From contig JAUHXH010000006.1 in assembly GCA_030427085.1 (NCBI GenBank), positions 52,023 through 116,022 of the forward strand: a stretch of DNA of 64,000 nt. Direction: 5' to 3'. Both the position numbers and the translations under genes were made by a program. Positions 17,834-27,870 of this stretch are shown piece after piece. Below the pieces are notes generated by a model. That model had not been told where the DNA came from and searched no databases. It worked only from the letters and a program-made list of their open reading frames with translations. Within the stretch, counting starts at the first letter, position 1. Each line of letters begins with the position of its first letter. Source of the DNA: Gammaproteobacteria bacterium. GTDB lineage: Bacteria > Pseudomonadota > Gammaproteobacteria > Pseudomonadales > Halieaceae.

Positions 17834-18446
17834 GGTTGTTGTCAGGCGCTTCGGCCTGCTCTGGTGGTTGATCTTTGGGCGCTGCCTTCGCCTGGTTGGC
17901 CTGTGCCCGGGCGCGCCGTTGGGCTACGCCAGGTTTGGGGGCATTGCGCGGAAAGGCGTGCTCCAGTACGAGCGGGTGGTTTCTGGCACCTTTTTTAAAC
18001 TGGACGCGATCACCAGTGGGCGTCACGCTCGCCAGCTTCCACCCGAGCAAATTCTCCCCAACGGCCACACGATGGGATTCATTGCCCACTCGCACGATAA
18101 CAACCGTGCTGTCGCCAGCCTTCATCACAGCGGTCAGGGTTGCTTTGTTCAGTGCATTGTTTGGCGCGACTTTCTCTTGCTTGGGTGCGTTACTCCCCGC
18201 GCCGGCCAGCTCACGCTGGCGCCCATGCCAATAAAGGGGGCGCTCGGTCATCTCGGCATCTTCTTCAGCCAGCGATGCGCGGTAAGCCAGCTCCGCTGCC
18301 TGCACTGCGCTTTCCGCAGGCGCAACGGGGGATGGATTGCCCGCCATCACCACGCGCATCACCCCCCACAGCACCACTGCAACGGCCAACCCGGTCACAC
18401 CGAGCACAGCCATTCGCACATTATTGGTAGTCAACAGGGGGCTCAT
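17823..18446 (-). CDS. GspC-like (PilP/HR-domain) secretin-coupling protein without a PDZ domain
   Basis: It has a single N-terminal TM segment (VLGVTGLAVAVVLWGV), a linker and a small beta-domain (ATLTAVMKAGDSTVVIVRVGNESHRVAVGENLLGWKLASVTP..VQFKKG). It sits immediately upstream of gspD. An assignment as GspN is not excluded. Confidence 0.55.
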   Translation of the reverse strand: MSPLLTTNNVRMAVLGVTGLAVAVVLWGVMRVVMAGNPSPVAPAESAVQAAELAYRASLAEEDAEMTERPLYWHGRQRELAGAGSNAPKQEKVAPNNALNKATLTAVMKAGDSTVVIVRVGNESHRVAVGENLLGWKLASVTPTGDRVQFKKGARNHPLVLEHAFPRNAPKPGVAQRRARAQANQAKAAPKDQPPEQAEAPDNNRDE

Positions 18447-18489
18447 GCCGTTTTACTCCGACTCATTGACTGCCGATGGCGCCAGAGGT

Positions 18490-19068
18490 TCATTTCAACA
18501 TCCTCAACGACACCATTTTAAAACGGGCCGACAAGGGCCGGCGATCTTCTCCCGCGCGCGGTGTGCCGTCGGAACTACGGCGGACGCGACCGGGCTTGAT
18601 GGTCACCGATTCGATAATTACCAGTGGCCGCGCGGCGCGCAGGTCATCCAGGGTTTGCGCAAGGGCATCAATGCTGCCAACAGCGGTAACATCCAGCCGC
18701 AGTTCGAGCAGATCTCCCTCCCGCCTTTCCGGGAGTATCTGGCTACCGGAGACGGTAAATCCAGCCTCGGTCATCACGTTACGCACCGACTGCTGCATAG
18801 CGGCCGCCGTCATCGCGGTATCGCCATTGGCAGGATAAGCCAGCTCAGCCAGTTGCGCGTTGGCACGCGTAAACGCCGCGGCCAGATCCTCTTCACGTTC
18901 CTGCACACCCAGCAAACGCGCGGTGCGCGGCTCAACCCGATCAATGTGCTCGGCATAGCCCTGGCGGATACCCCACAAACTGGCGAGCACATACAACACC
19001 ACAACGGCCACCAGTGCGAACGTACCTCCCACCACCAGGCGACCAGGAGTTAGCCAGCTATTACTCAC
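18490..19068 (-). CDS. gspM: Type II secretion protein GspM-like
   Basis: A 192-aa bitopic protein with an N-terminal TM and a ferredoxin-like periplasmic domain. It lies after the gspL-like gene, with a 4-nt overlap. Confidence 0.6.
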   Translation of the reverse strand: MSNSWLTPGRLVVGGTFALVAVVVLYVLASLWGIRQGYAEHIDRVEPRTARLLGVQEREEDLAAAFTRANAQLAELAYPANGDTAMTAAAMQQSVRNVMTEAGFTVSGSQILPERREGDLLELRLDVTAVGSIDALAQTLDDLRAARPLVIIESVTIKPGRVRRSSDGTPRAGEDRRPLSARFKMVSLRMLK

Positions 19069-20096
19069 GAGCCTGTCTCCACCGGCCTGGCTTCTTCCGG
19101 CAGCGTCAACTCGAACACGAAGCGCTCCATCCCGTCACGCCCCACCTTGCGAATACCTACGGTGGCTTTTACCCCGTCGTAGTTGGCGGCGTCGGTTAGC
19201 TGTTGCATTACCGCCGAGGCATTGGGGGACTGACCATCGATGCGAATGGAACCGGGGCGCACATCCACCTGGGTAAGGAAGGTGTTGTCATCCAACAGTC
19301 GGGAAATTGCGCTTAACTCGTTGTACACATCGGGGTGGGCCGACAGCAGACTGTTGGCCCGCTCTATTGTTTCGTTGGCGGTGGCGAGACGGTTACGCAG
19401 GCTAACCGCGCGGGCGGCGGTTTGTTTGGCGCCTTCAAACGCCTCTTCCGTCTTGCGCAGTTCCAGGTATTTAAAGCCGGTGGACAGCGCCATGCAAACC
19501 ACCAGCATCCCCATGCAGTAAGCCAGGGCGAGCCCCATGCGCACGAGTTTTTTGCGGTAACGTTCCCCGCGGCCGGCTTCACCGAAGCCCTGCACCATGA
19601 CCGCCTGATTAGAGGCACGAGCCCATACTTCATAGGCTGTGCGCTCGTGCGAATCAAACTGACTAGCGATGTATTCCATCACCGAACTGCGAGCGCACAG
19701 CACCAGCACCACTACCAGGGAATCGCCTCGAGGCTCACCCAGCGTCCAGCCGTAAACGGTATCATCTGCGGGGAAAGGGCTATTGGCCGCTACTTCCATT
19801 GCCAGCACAGCGTCGAGATTGGACTGTGCTGCGAGGGGCAGCGTGAGCTCACGGCTCAGGACGAGTTCGTCAGGCAGCATCACTGCTTCCGCCTGCGTTT
19901 CCACCGTTGCCACTTGCTCTCCACCCTTGAAGGTGTAGGTACTGCCTGCTTCGTGCATTGTCACCGGCTCATCCAGTGACTGGCGGACTGTGGACGTGGG
20001 GCCCCACAGAAAATCGCGCCAACCAGCGCGATAGGTATGACCGATCTGGCGGACGTCGTAGCCGAACAGGGACCATGACTGACTGCTATCGAGCAT
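19065..20096 (-). CDS. gspL: Type II secretion protein GspL-like (cytoplasmic domain, TM and PilN-like periplasmic domain)
   Basis: A 343-aa protein with a central TM (LALAYCMGMLVVCMALS) and a coiled segment followed by a periplasmic domain. It lies between gspK and gspM. Confidence 0.6.
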   Translation of the reverse strand: MLDSSQSWSLFGYDVRQIGHTYRAGWRDFLWGPTSTVRQSLDEPVTMHEAGSTYTFKGGEQVATVETQAEAVMLPDELVLSRELTLPLAAQSNLDAVLAMEVAANSPFPADDTVYGWTLGEPRGDSLVVVLVLCARSSVMEYIASQFDSHERTAYEVWARASNQAVMVQGFGEAGRGERYRKKLVRMGLALAYCMGMLVVCMALSTGFKYLELRKTEEAFEGAKQTAARAVSLRNRLATANETIERANSLLSAHPDVYNELSAISRLLDDNTFLTQVDVRPGSIRIDGQSPNASAVMQQLTDAANYDGVKATVGIRKVGRDGMERFVFELTLPEEARPVETGS

Positions 20097-20141
20097 GCCA
20101 CCCCCTGTTACCTGACTGATTCATCAAACTCTCAACACTCA

Positions 20142-21065
20142 TTACAGCACCCGCACGGGTTCACTGCGAAAAAACGACCAAGGCAGACCATCCTGCCCAC
20201 TGGCGCTGGTATCGGCCCAACGCCGGCGTAAGTACTTTTTACCACCGACTCTCACCACCGCGTCCATTCGGTAAAGCGTTGAGCTGGTGGCCAACAAAAA
20301 CTCGCCTGAAAGATCTGCGGGCGGTAAACCCAGATCGGCACCCTGCTCGCCGCGAGACTGCACAATCTGCTGCGCCAAGGCCGCATCACCACCCACAATG
20401 GCCTGCAGTACCGACGCCGGTGCCGTGCTCCAATTCACCCCTGTCGCTTCCTGGGGCGCAACATACACAGCATCGCGGATCCGATCCATCACGGCGCGGT
20501 TCATTCCCGGGATCAGCAGCAGGTCTTCCAAGATGCGCAGGCGCCCGTATCGCGGCTGGTAGCCAGAAGGCCATACCACACCAGTATTCGCCTGGATTGC
20601 ACCGGGGTTGTAGGTACGCGGCGTGCGCCACTCTACCACACTTTGGGCCAGTAAATTAGCGGCTTCCGGGGCCATACCGCCCACCCCCGCAAACAGCAAT
20701 GCCAACAGTTCCGGCGGCGCAACATTCACGCTAATCAGGCCATCCAGAGGCGTTGCCATTACCTCCACATTGTGCGACCCAAGGCGATACGTCGCGGTGA
20801 AATTGCGGGGCTGGTCTTCCAACATTTGTTGCTGGGCGAGCTGGCGCTCCAAAAGGGCCATCTGGATGGCGCCATCGGCGGCCGCTATGCTTTCGGCGCG
20901 TTCGCGTTGCAGCTGGGCGAGCTTGATGTCCACTCGCGCTTGATAGCTGATACCCGCCGCGAGCAGCGCCAAGGCTGCGAGGAACCACAGCATCACCGCC
21001 AGCGTTACGCCGCGTTGCCGCTGCATCTCGCGTGGGCACCTAGATATCACTGCCGCGCCCCTCAT
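20142..21065 (-). CDS. gspK: Type II secretion minor pseudopilin GspK
   Basis: QRGVTLAVMLWFLAALALLAAGIS is the GspK-type N-terminus, which lacks the conserved Glu5. The protein is about 300 aa. The start may be M14 at 21026. Confidence 0.8.
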   Translation of the reverse strand: MRGAAVISRCPREMQRQRGVTLAVMLWFLAALALLAAGISYQARVDIKLAQLQRERAESIAAADGAIQMALLERQLAQQQMLEDQPRNFTATYRLGSHNVEVMATPLDGLISVNVAPPELLALLFAGVGGMAPEAANLLAQSVVEWRTPRTYNPGAIQANTGVVWPSGYQPRYGRLRILEDLLLIPGMNRAVMDRIRDAVYVAPQEATGVNWSTAPASVLQAIVGGDAALAQQIVQSRGEQGADLGLPPADLSGEFLLATSSTLYRMDAVVRVGGKKYLRRRWADTSASGQDGLPWSFFRSEPVRVL

Positions 21066-21678
21066 CCAGGCGGATTACCAATTCCGGCCAGTAGCGATCG
21101 GCCACTTTCAGATTCATCCGTACACTGACCGGGTTGGAGTAGGCACCGCCCCACTCCGCAATCCACTCCTCGCCATAGCCCGGGCGAAAGCCGAACTCAA
21201 TTTCCTCAACGTCCTCCAGCAGAACATGGGGCTTGATGTCGTCCCAGTCGTCCCATTTCTGCACCCGCCGGTACGGCTGCCAGCGCAGTTGCAACTGCTC
21301 ATTCACCAGCGTCATGCGCAACAGATAAAAACCACCAAAACGCTCACCGGCGGCAAGGGGCGCGGCCCAGATCAGCTCCTGGCCATCGCTCCAGAACAGC
21401 GTGTTTTGCGAGTTGACGCCGGAGTCGCGACCACCAGGTATCACATCCGGGGTCGCCCCCATCACCGGCACCGCCGAACCAATTGAATCGCGCAAAAAGC
21501 TGCTCAACTGCCGTACGGAGGTGATGCGCCCCGTGACATTGTCGAGCGCGGCCTGGGTACGCCCGAACGAGCGCAGTGCAGACACCAGCGCCGCCATGAT
21601 CAGGCTCAACACCACCAACGCGATCAGTACCTCCACGATGGTGAGGCCCTGCTGCCGTTTTGTGTGATACAGGTTCAA
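21040..21678 (-). CDS. gspJ: Type II secretion minor pseudopilin GspJ
   Basis: QQGLTIVEVLIALVVLSLIMAAL is a prepilin N-terminus. The protein is 212 aa and has a 4-nt overlap with gspI. Confidence 0.85.
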   Translation of the reverse strand: MNLYHTKRQQGLTIVEVLIALVVLSLIMAALVSALRSFGRTQAALDNVTGRITSVRQLSSFLRDSIGSAVPVMGATPDVIPGGRDSGVNSQNTLFWSDGQELIWAAPLAAGERFGGFYLLRMTLVNEQLQLRWQPYRRVQKWDDWDDIKPHVLLEDVEEIEFGFRPGYGEEWIAEWGGAYSNPVSVRMNLKVADRYWPELVIRLDEGRGSDI

Positions 21679-22088
21679 ATCGGCGGAGCCTCCATGCCGG
21701 CAACCACTGAGTGAAGAGAGACCTCGCGATCATTCGCGCCGTCTTCCCAACTCACGGTTACCACAATTTCCTGCAACAACCCCGGCTCGAGGGTCGGTGG
21801 CGCGTCATTCACCTGGATAGGGGCCGCATTGACTTGCCAGCGGAAGGCACCGGAAGTTTCGCCGCGATTGCTGAATCCTTCGCGTGGCACCACGGCATTG
21901 TCTGCCAACAGGGATTGGGCGAGTTCAACGGCATAAGCGTACTTTTCGTCCACGCGTACAATGCGCGTGGCGCCGCCAACGATCTCGTAGAGCGCAGCCA
22001 GGGAAATGCCGAGGATGGCAACTGCAACCACCATTTCCAGCAAACTGAATCCGCGCTGACTCTCGCCCGCGCGCTGCCCCCTGATCAT
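21675..22088 (-). CDS. gspI: Type II secretion minor pseudopilin GspI
   Basis: ATG 22088 is preceded by GGGAGAGG. QRGFSLLEMVVAVAILGISLAAL is a prepilin N-terminus, and the protein is 137 aa. Confidence 0.8.
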   Translation of the reverse strand: MIRGQRAGESQRGFSLLEMVVAVAILGISLAALYEIVGGATRIVRVDEKYAYAVELAQSLLADNAVVPREGFSNRGETSGAFRWQVNAAPIQVNDAPPTLEPGLLQEIVVTVSWEDGANDREVSLHSVVAGMEAPPI

Positions 22089-22335
22089 GTCCTCTCCCTG
22101 TTTATCCAACGCCTGGTTTCCGGCGCTGGTTATTTGGCGGCAGTATACCGAATCACCGCCGCGCCGTTGAGTGTGGGGGCTTGGGCATTCGCTGGTGGGG
22201 AAAAGTTCCACGCGGGGTGGAGAAAGGTGTTTTTTACGACGTTTCCGGATATTCGTGCATTTTCAGGGAACCCGCTCGGGGAACTGTGGTCGGCCGTGTC
22301 CATTACAGGCACGGCCGGCACACAAAGGCCTGCAT

Positions 22336-23964
22336 CTACTCGAAACTGAAGTCCGCAAAGATCTCCCGCAAGCGAACCTTCTGTATCTTCCCGGTTGCGG
22401 TGTGCGGCAACTCGTCGATGAACTCAACCGCCTCGGGCATCCACCATTTGGCGATCTTGCCGTCGAACCAGTCAAGCACCTCTTCCACCGTGAGATCGTC
22501 TGCACCCTGGGCCCGCACCACGATCAACAGCGGGCGCTCGGTCCACTTGGGGTGCGGCCGGCCGATCACCGCAGCCTCTGCAATACGCGGGTGATCGGTA
22601 GCCACGTTTTCCACATCGATACTGGAGATCCACTCACCACCAGATTTGATCACGTCCTTGGTGCGGTCGGTAATGGCCATGTAGCCTTCTGGGTCGATAG
22701 TGGCCACGTCGCCTGTTTCAAACCAGCCTTCTTCGCGTTCGTGGGCGTCAGAGCCCTCCAGTTTGAAGTAGCTGCTGCAAATCCAGGGGCCGCGAACCAG
22801 GAGAGAGCCAAAGGCCTCGCCGTCCCAGGGCAATTCATTGCCCTCGTCGTCGACGATCTTCATTTCCACGCCGAACACCGGGCGGCCGGCCTTCTGGCGC
22901 AGTTTGGCGAACTGCTCCGGCGTGTAATCTTCCTTGTTCATGTCACAGGCATTGACGCTGCCCAGCGGGCTCATTTCGGTCATGCCCCAACCCACGCGGG
23001 TGATGACCCCATACTTGTCGAAGTCTTCCATGATCGACAGCGGGCAGGCGGAGCCACCCACGATCACGCGCTCCAGCGATTCCACCCGCAGTCCTGACTG
23101 CTTCAGGTAGTTCAACAGGCCCAGCCACACGGTAGGCACACCGGCTGACATGGTGACCTTTTCCTCGTTAATCAGGGCCGCCAGCGTTTCGCCATCGCCC
23201 ATCTTGTTACCGGGGAAAACAATCTTGGCACCCACCATCGGCGCGGAGTAGGGAATGCCCCAAGCATTCACATGGAACATGGGCACGATGGGCAAGATGC
23301 TGTCCATACGCGACAAGCCCATCACTTCCGGCATCAGGCCCGCATAGGCGTGGACCTTGGTGGAGCGGTGCGAGTACAGCACGCCCTTGGGGTTGCCCGT
23401 GGTGCCGGAGGTGTAGCACAGGGCGCAGGCTGAATCCTCGTCCAGCGCAGGGAATTCAAAGCTGGCATCGTGGCTGGCAATCAGGCTTTCGTAGCACAGC
23501 ACATTGGGCACGCTGGTCTCGGGCATTTGATCGGCCGGCGCCAGAATCACCCAACCTTCAACCTCCGGACACTGCGGGGCAATCGCTTCCACCAGTGGCA
23601 GAAAATCGGGATCGAGGAACACGTAGCGATCCTCGGCGTGGTTGATGATGTAGACAATCTGCTCGGGGAACAGCCGCGGATTGATGGTATGCGTGACATA
23701 ACCGCTACAGGCCACCGCGTAATAAGTTTCCATGTGCCGGTAATCATTCCAGCACAAGGTGCCGATGCGATCGCCGGGATTCAGGTTCCATGTAGCCAGG
23801 GCGCCAGCCAGTTGCCGCGCGCGCTGGAAGCAGTCTTTGTAGGTGTAGCGATGCCGAGGGTTGTCGCGCGTCACTGAAACAATTTCGGCACTGCCGTTAA
23901 CGCGCTCTGCGTGGTGAAGGATGGCGCTCAGGGATAGCGGCGTATCCATCATCAGTCCGTTCAT
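22336..23964 (-). CDS. Medium/long-chain fatty-acid--CoA ligase (AMP-binding family)
   Basis: YTSGTTGNPKGV and GWFETGD are AMP-binding motifs. ATG 23964 is preceded by AGGAAG. Confidence 0.9.
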   Translation of the reverse strand: MNGLMMDTPLSLSAILHHAERVNGSAEIVSVTRDNPRHRYTYKDCFQRARQLAGALATWNLNPGDRIGTLCWNDYRHMETYYAVACSGYVTHTINPRLFPEQIVYIINHAEDRYVFLDPDFLPLVEAIAPQCPEVEGWVILAPADQMPETSVPNVLCYESLIASHDASFEFPALDEDSACALCYTSGTTGNPKGVLYSHRSTKVHAYAGLMPEVMGLSRMDSILPIVPMFHVNAWGIPYSAPMVGAKIVFPGNKMGDGETLAALINEEKVTMSAGVPTVWLGLLNYLKQSGLRVESLERVIVGGSACPLSIMEDFDKYGVITRVGWGMTEMSPLGSVNACDMNKEDYTPEQFAKLRQKAGRPVFGVEMKIVDDEGNELPWDGEAFGSLLVRGPWICSSYFKLEGSDAHEREEGWFETGDVATIDPEGYMAITDRTKDVIKSGGEWISSIDVENVATDHPRIAEAAVIGRPHPKWTERPLLIVVRAQGADDLTVEEVLDWFDGKIAKWWMPEAVEFIDELPHTATGKIQKVRLREIFADFSFE

Positions 23965-24040
23965 GCTGTTCTTCCTGTCGTTATTTGGATAATTGTTATT
24001 GAGCTGGAGAATTGTATTCAAGCCCGGATACGTGACTCTG

Positions 24041-24877
24041 TCAGCTTCGCGTCAGTTCCCAGCGCTCGGCATTGGGCCAATGCCGGGCCCGGCCGTCTTT
24101 TTGTAATTTGATCAAGTGAGCCGTTAGCGACAACGCCGCCATTCGATACAGACTCTTGTCCACGTCGTCGTAAACGTGGGGCAGCAATTCCTCCACGCTG
24201 GCGTCGCCCACCTGCTCCAGGGCGGCCACCACCTTGCCCTCACGTTTCAGCCGGTGTGCCACCAACCAGTCGATCGCCTCCCGAGGCTCTGCGATCACAT
24301 CACCATGCCCCGGGGCGATGGTTTTAACATTGTAAGTAAGCAGCAACTGCAGCGACTCAATATAGGCTTTCATGTCGCCACTGGGGGGAATGATCACCAC
24401 GGTGGAACCGTTCATGATGTGGTCCCCGGCGAACACCATGCCCTCTTCTTCCAGCAGGTAGCAAAAGTGATTACCAACATGGCCGGGTGTGTGGATCGCG
24501 CGCAGGGTAAATTCGGGAGTTTGCAACACGTCATCGTGCTGCACTGGCGTATCGGGATTAAAGGTATCGTCCTGAAACATATCGTCCCAGGGCGGCGCAC
24601 CAATCACCTGTGCCCCGGTCTCTCGCTGTAGCGCCTGCCACGCGGGAGAGTGATCGGGATGAGTGTGGGTAGCGACAATCCAGCGAATCCGGTCGCCGAC
24701 ACTTTCCAGGATGGCGTCGATGTGCTCCGGCAAGTCCGGTCCCGGGTCGAGCACCGCCACCTGCTCCCTGCCAATCAGGTAAGTGTTGGTGCCGGGGCCC
24801 GTCATCACACCGGGGTTGGGTGCCACCAAACGGCGCACCCGGGAGTTCAGTTCAAAGGGGATTCCGTGCTCGAACAT
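24041..24877 (-). CDS. MBL-fold metallo-hydrolase
   Basis: It carries the ATHTHPDHSPA (HxHxDH) motif. The start MFEHGIPFEL at 24877 lies 4 nt after the fabV stop. The longer track ORF overlaps fabV. Confidence 0.85.
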   Translation of the reverse strand: MFEHGIPFELNSRVRRLVAPNPGVMTGPGTNTYLIGREQVAVLDPGPDLPEHIDAILESVGDRIRWIVATHTHPDHSPAWQALQRETGAQVIGAPPWDDMFQDDTFNPDTPVQHDDVLQTPEFTLRAIHTPGHVGNHFCYLLEEEGMVFAGDHIMNGSTVVIIPPSGDMKAYIESLQLLLTYNVKTIAPGHGDVIAEPREAIDWLVAHRLKREGKVVAALEQVGDASVEELLPHVYDDVDKSLYRMAALSLTAHLIKLQKDGRARHWPNAERWELTRS

Positions 24878-24881
24878 GGCC

Positions 24882-26072
24882 TTACACCAGGTTGGCGATG
24901 GGTACCTCGGGGTTGACGTCGGCGTCGTAGTCCACGCCATCGACCTCAAAGCCAAAGAGCTGCAGGAACTCCTGCTGATAACCGTCGAAGTCAGACAGTT
25001 CCCGCAAGGTGTCGGTATTGATCTGGCTCCATAACTCGCCAACGGCCTGCTGGATTTCCGGCGCCAGTTCCTTGCCATCGGCGCGCAGCCGGCCTTCATC
25101 ATCCAGCAGCGGGCTGTCACTGTAGAGCGAATCCCGGAACAGCCCGTCGATCTGCTCGATGCAACCTTCATGCACGCCAGCTTCTTTCATCACTTTGAAC
25201 AACAGCGCGAGGTAGATCGGCATAGCGGGAATGGCGGCGCTGGCCTGCGTAACCACCGCTTTCAACACGGATACACGCGCGTCGCCGCCGTGACTGGCCA
25301 GACGCTCGCGGATATCGATAACCCGCTTGTCGAGATCTTTCTTCGCCGCGCCGATGGTGCCGTGCCAGTAGATGTCCCAGGTGAGTTTTTCGCCGATATA
25401 GGTATAGGCCGTGGTCTTGGCGCCATCGGCAAGTACGCCGGCCTCGTCCAAGGCATCGATCCACATCTGCCAGTCTTCACCGCCCATCACCGCCACGGTG
25501 TTGTCGATGTCTTCTTGGGACGCCGCCTCCAGATGAAAGTCCTGCACTTCGCCCTTGTCGGTATTCACACCTTTTTGTGTGGTGTCCGAGCCAATAGGTT
25601 TCAGGGTGGAGTTATGCAACACGCCAGTGACCGGATGCTGGCGGCGGGGAGCAGCCAGACTGTAAACCACCAGATCCACCTGACCGAGATCGGCTTTGAT
25701 GGTGTCGATGGTCTTCTGTTTGATCTCGTCAGAGAAGGCATCGCCATTGATACTTTTGGCGTAGAGCCCTTCATCTTCGGCGTATTGATGGAAAGCAGCG
25801 GAGTTATACCATCCGGCAGTGCCGGGCTTACGCTCGGTGCCTTCCTTCTCAAAAAAGATACCCAGCGTGGACGCGCCGCTGCCAAAGGCCGCGGTAATAC
25901 GCGACGCCAGGCCATACCCCGTAGACGCACCAATCACCAGCACCCGCTTGGGGCCGTTGGCTATCGGGCCGCGCGCTTTTACGTAGTCGATCTGCCGTTT
26001 GACATTGACTGCGCAACCTTCCGGATGGGTAGTGATGCAGAGGAAGCCGCGTACTCGGGGTTTAATAATCAT
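24882..26072 (-). CDS. fabV: Enoyl-[acyl-carrier-protein] reductase FabV
   Basis: The N-terminus [20 protein letters not shown] and the length of about 396 aa are characteristic of FabV/trans-2-enoyl-CoA reductase. Confidence 0.9.
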   Translation of the reverse strand: MIIKPRVRGFLCITTHPEGCAVNVKRQIDYVKARGPIANGPKRVLVIGASTGYGLASRITAAFGSGASTLGIFFEKEGTERKPGTAGWYNSAAFHQYAEDEGLYAKSINGDAFSDEIKQKTIDTIKADLGQVDLVVYSLAAPRRQHPVTGVLHNSTLKPIGSDTTQKGVNTDKGEVQDFHLEAASQEDIDNTVAVMGGEDWQMWIDALDEAGVLADGAKTTAYTYIGEKLTWDIYWHGTIGAAKKDLDKRVIDIRERLASHGGDARVSVLKAVVTQASAAIPAMPIYLALLFKVMKEAGVHEGCIEQIDGLFRDSLYSDSPLLDDEGRLRADGKELAPEIQQAVGELWSQINTDTLRELSDFDGYQQEFLQLFGFEVDGVDYDADVNPEVPIANLV

Positions 26073-26217
26073 TCCGGGGTCCTTTGGGTGAAATTACTGA
26101 AGCAACCAGCGCCATCCGCAGCGCGTGCGCTGGGAGTGTAGCACAGGGGCGCCGCGTCGAAAGGGCTTGACGACGGGAGGATTGTGGGGCGACACGGCCA
26201 CCCCAAAAAGGGAGATT

Positions 26218-26236
26218 CCCGGAGCCAGGCTCCGGG
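26218..26236 (-). terminator. Possible terminator hairpin after aceF
   Basis: CCCGGAGCC-A-GGCTCCGGG lies 8 nt after the aceF stop. On the minus strand it is followed by AATCTCCCTTTTT, so the U-tract is displaced. Confidence 0.45.
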
Positions 26237-26243
26237 GGGAAAA

Positions 26244-27848
26244 TCACAGCAGGAGACGTCGGATGTCGCCCAGCAAGGCATTGAGATCCGTAAAGAATCG
26301 ACCGGCCACCGCGCCATTGATCACGCGGTGATCGTAGGACAGAGACAGCGGCAGCATGGTTTTCGGCTGGAAGGCCTGACCATCCCAAACCGGGCGAACC
26401 TCGGCGCGGGAAACACCCAGAATCGCCACCTCAGGTGCGTTTACGATGGGAGTAAAGCCACGCCCACCGATATTGCCGAGGCTGGAAATACTGAAACAGC
26501 CACCCTTCATTTCGTCGGGCTTGAGCTTGCGGTCGCGCGCCTTGCCGGCCAGTTCGACCACTTCCTCACTCAGCTCCCACAAACCCTTTTTGTCCACGTC
26601 GCGAATCACCGGCACCAACAAGCCAGCCGGGGTATCCACCGCCATGCCGATATGCACGTACTGCTTGTACACAATGCTCTCGCCATCAGCGCCGATAGAG
26701 CAGTTAAACCGCGAATGCGCTTTCAGTGCGGCCGCACAGGCTTTCAGCAGGAAAGGCATGGGAGTCAATTTCACCCCGCGGCGCTCGGCCTCGGCTTTCA
26801 TCTCCTTGCGGAAGCGCTCCAACTCGGTGATATCCGCATCGTCGAACTGGGTGACGTGGGGCACATTGAGCCAGGCGGTTTGCATGTTGGCGGCAGTGGC
26901 CTTGTCCATGCGCGTCATCGGCTCGATCTCTACCGGGCCGAACTGACTGAAGTCGACCGCCGGTACCGCTGGAATGCCAGCGCCACCGCTCACGCCAGAA
27001 CTGTCCTTGCTCAGCGCATTCTGCACATAGCCGTGTAAATCTTCTTTCAGAATGCGGCCCTTGGGGCCGCTGCCACTCACTTTCCCGAGGTCTACACCGA
27101 GTTCACGCGCCAGTTTTCGTACTGCAGGACCGGCGTGAACATCGCCGCTCTGGCTGGCCGTGGGGGCACTGGCAGGTGCTGTAGCAGCAGCTGGTTTCGT
27201 GGGTGCGGGGGCAGCAGGCGCTGGGGCTTCGCTTACTTGCTCTGGCGCTGCCGGCGCCGAAGTGCTCACCGCCTCCAACACCAACAGCAGATCGCCCTGC
27301 TTGACCTGTCCGCCTTCGCTTACTTTAAGTTCCAGCACTTTGCCGCCGGCCGGTGACGGCACTTCCATTGAAGCTTTGTCGGATTCCAGAACAACCAACG
27401 AGTCGCCTTCGGCGATTTCATCACCAACCGCTACGCACAACTCGATAATCTCCACGGCATCGTCGGTGCCGATATCGGGCACATGAACGTCCATTGGGCC
27501 CGCAGTGGATGCGGGTTCAGGCGGGGCCGCCTCTGGCTCGGCAGCAGTTTCGGGTTCTGGTGCAGCGGCAGAACTTTCCGAAGACGCCTTGGCATCACCT
27601 TCTGCCTCACCTTCTACCTCCACGACACACACACCAGCACCTTCAGCGAGTGTGTCGCCTTCCTTAATCAGCAACTCCACTACCTTGCCGGCAACCGAAG
27701 CGGGAATTTCCATCGAAGCCTTGTCGGACTCCAGCACGATCAAACCCTGCTCCAGGCTGATCTCGTCGCCGACCGCTACCAGTACCTCAATCACCTCGGC
27801 GTCTTCTGCGCCGCCGATGTCGGGCACCAAAATCGTCTCTTTAGCCAC
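26244..27848 (-). CDS. aceF: Pyruvate dehydrogenase E2 dihydrolipoyllysine acetyltransferase
   Basis: It has two lipoyl domains (LESDKASMEIPA and LESDKASMEVPS), Ala/Pro linkers and the catalytic SYDHRVINGA. Confidence 0.95.
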   Translation of the reverse strand: MAKETILVPDIGGAEDAEVIEVLVAVGDEISLEQGLIVLESDKASMEIPASVAGKVVELLIKEGDTLAEGAGVCVVEVEGEAEGDAKASSESSAAAPEPETAAEPEAAPPEPASTAGPMDVHVPDIGTDDAVEIIELCVAVGDEIAEGDSLVVLESDKASMEVPSPAGGKVLELKVSEGGQVKQGDLLLVLEAVSTSAPAAPEQVSEAPAPAAPAPTKPAAATAPASAPTASQSGDVHAGPAVRKLARELGVDLGKVSGSGPKGRILKEDLHGYVQNALSKDSSGVSGGAGIPAVPAVDFSQFGPVEIEPMTRMDKATAANMQTAWLNVPHVTQFDDADITELERFRKEMKAEAERRGVKLTPMPFLLKACAAALKAHSRFNCSIGADGESIVYKQYVHIGMAVDTPAGLLVPVIRDVDKKGLWELSEEVVELAGKARDRKLKPDEMKGGCFSISSLGNIGGRGFTPIVNAPEVAILGVSRAEVRPVWDGQAFQPKTMLPLSLSYDHRVINGAVAGRFFTDLNALLGDIRRLLL

Positions 27849-27870
27849 GGATACGTCCTTCTCTTATTCG

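Noticed and set aside
24878-25171. The N-terminal extension of the MBL hydrolase ORF, and the similar extensions of the aceE, M16 peptidase, tusA-like, gspI, PPIase and acyl-CoA ligase ORFs
   Set aside because: The extensions overlap the upstream gene or lack an RBS. Internal starts give the family-typical N-termini.
26073-26243. Absence of lpd after aceEF
   Set aside because: lpd is frequently encoded elsewhere in gammaproteobacteria, so this is not informative.
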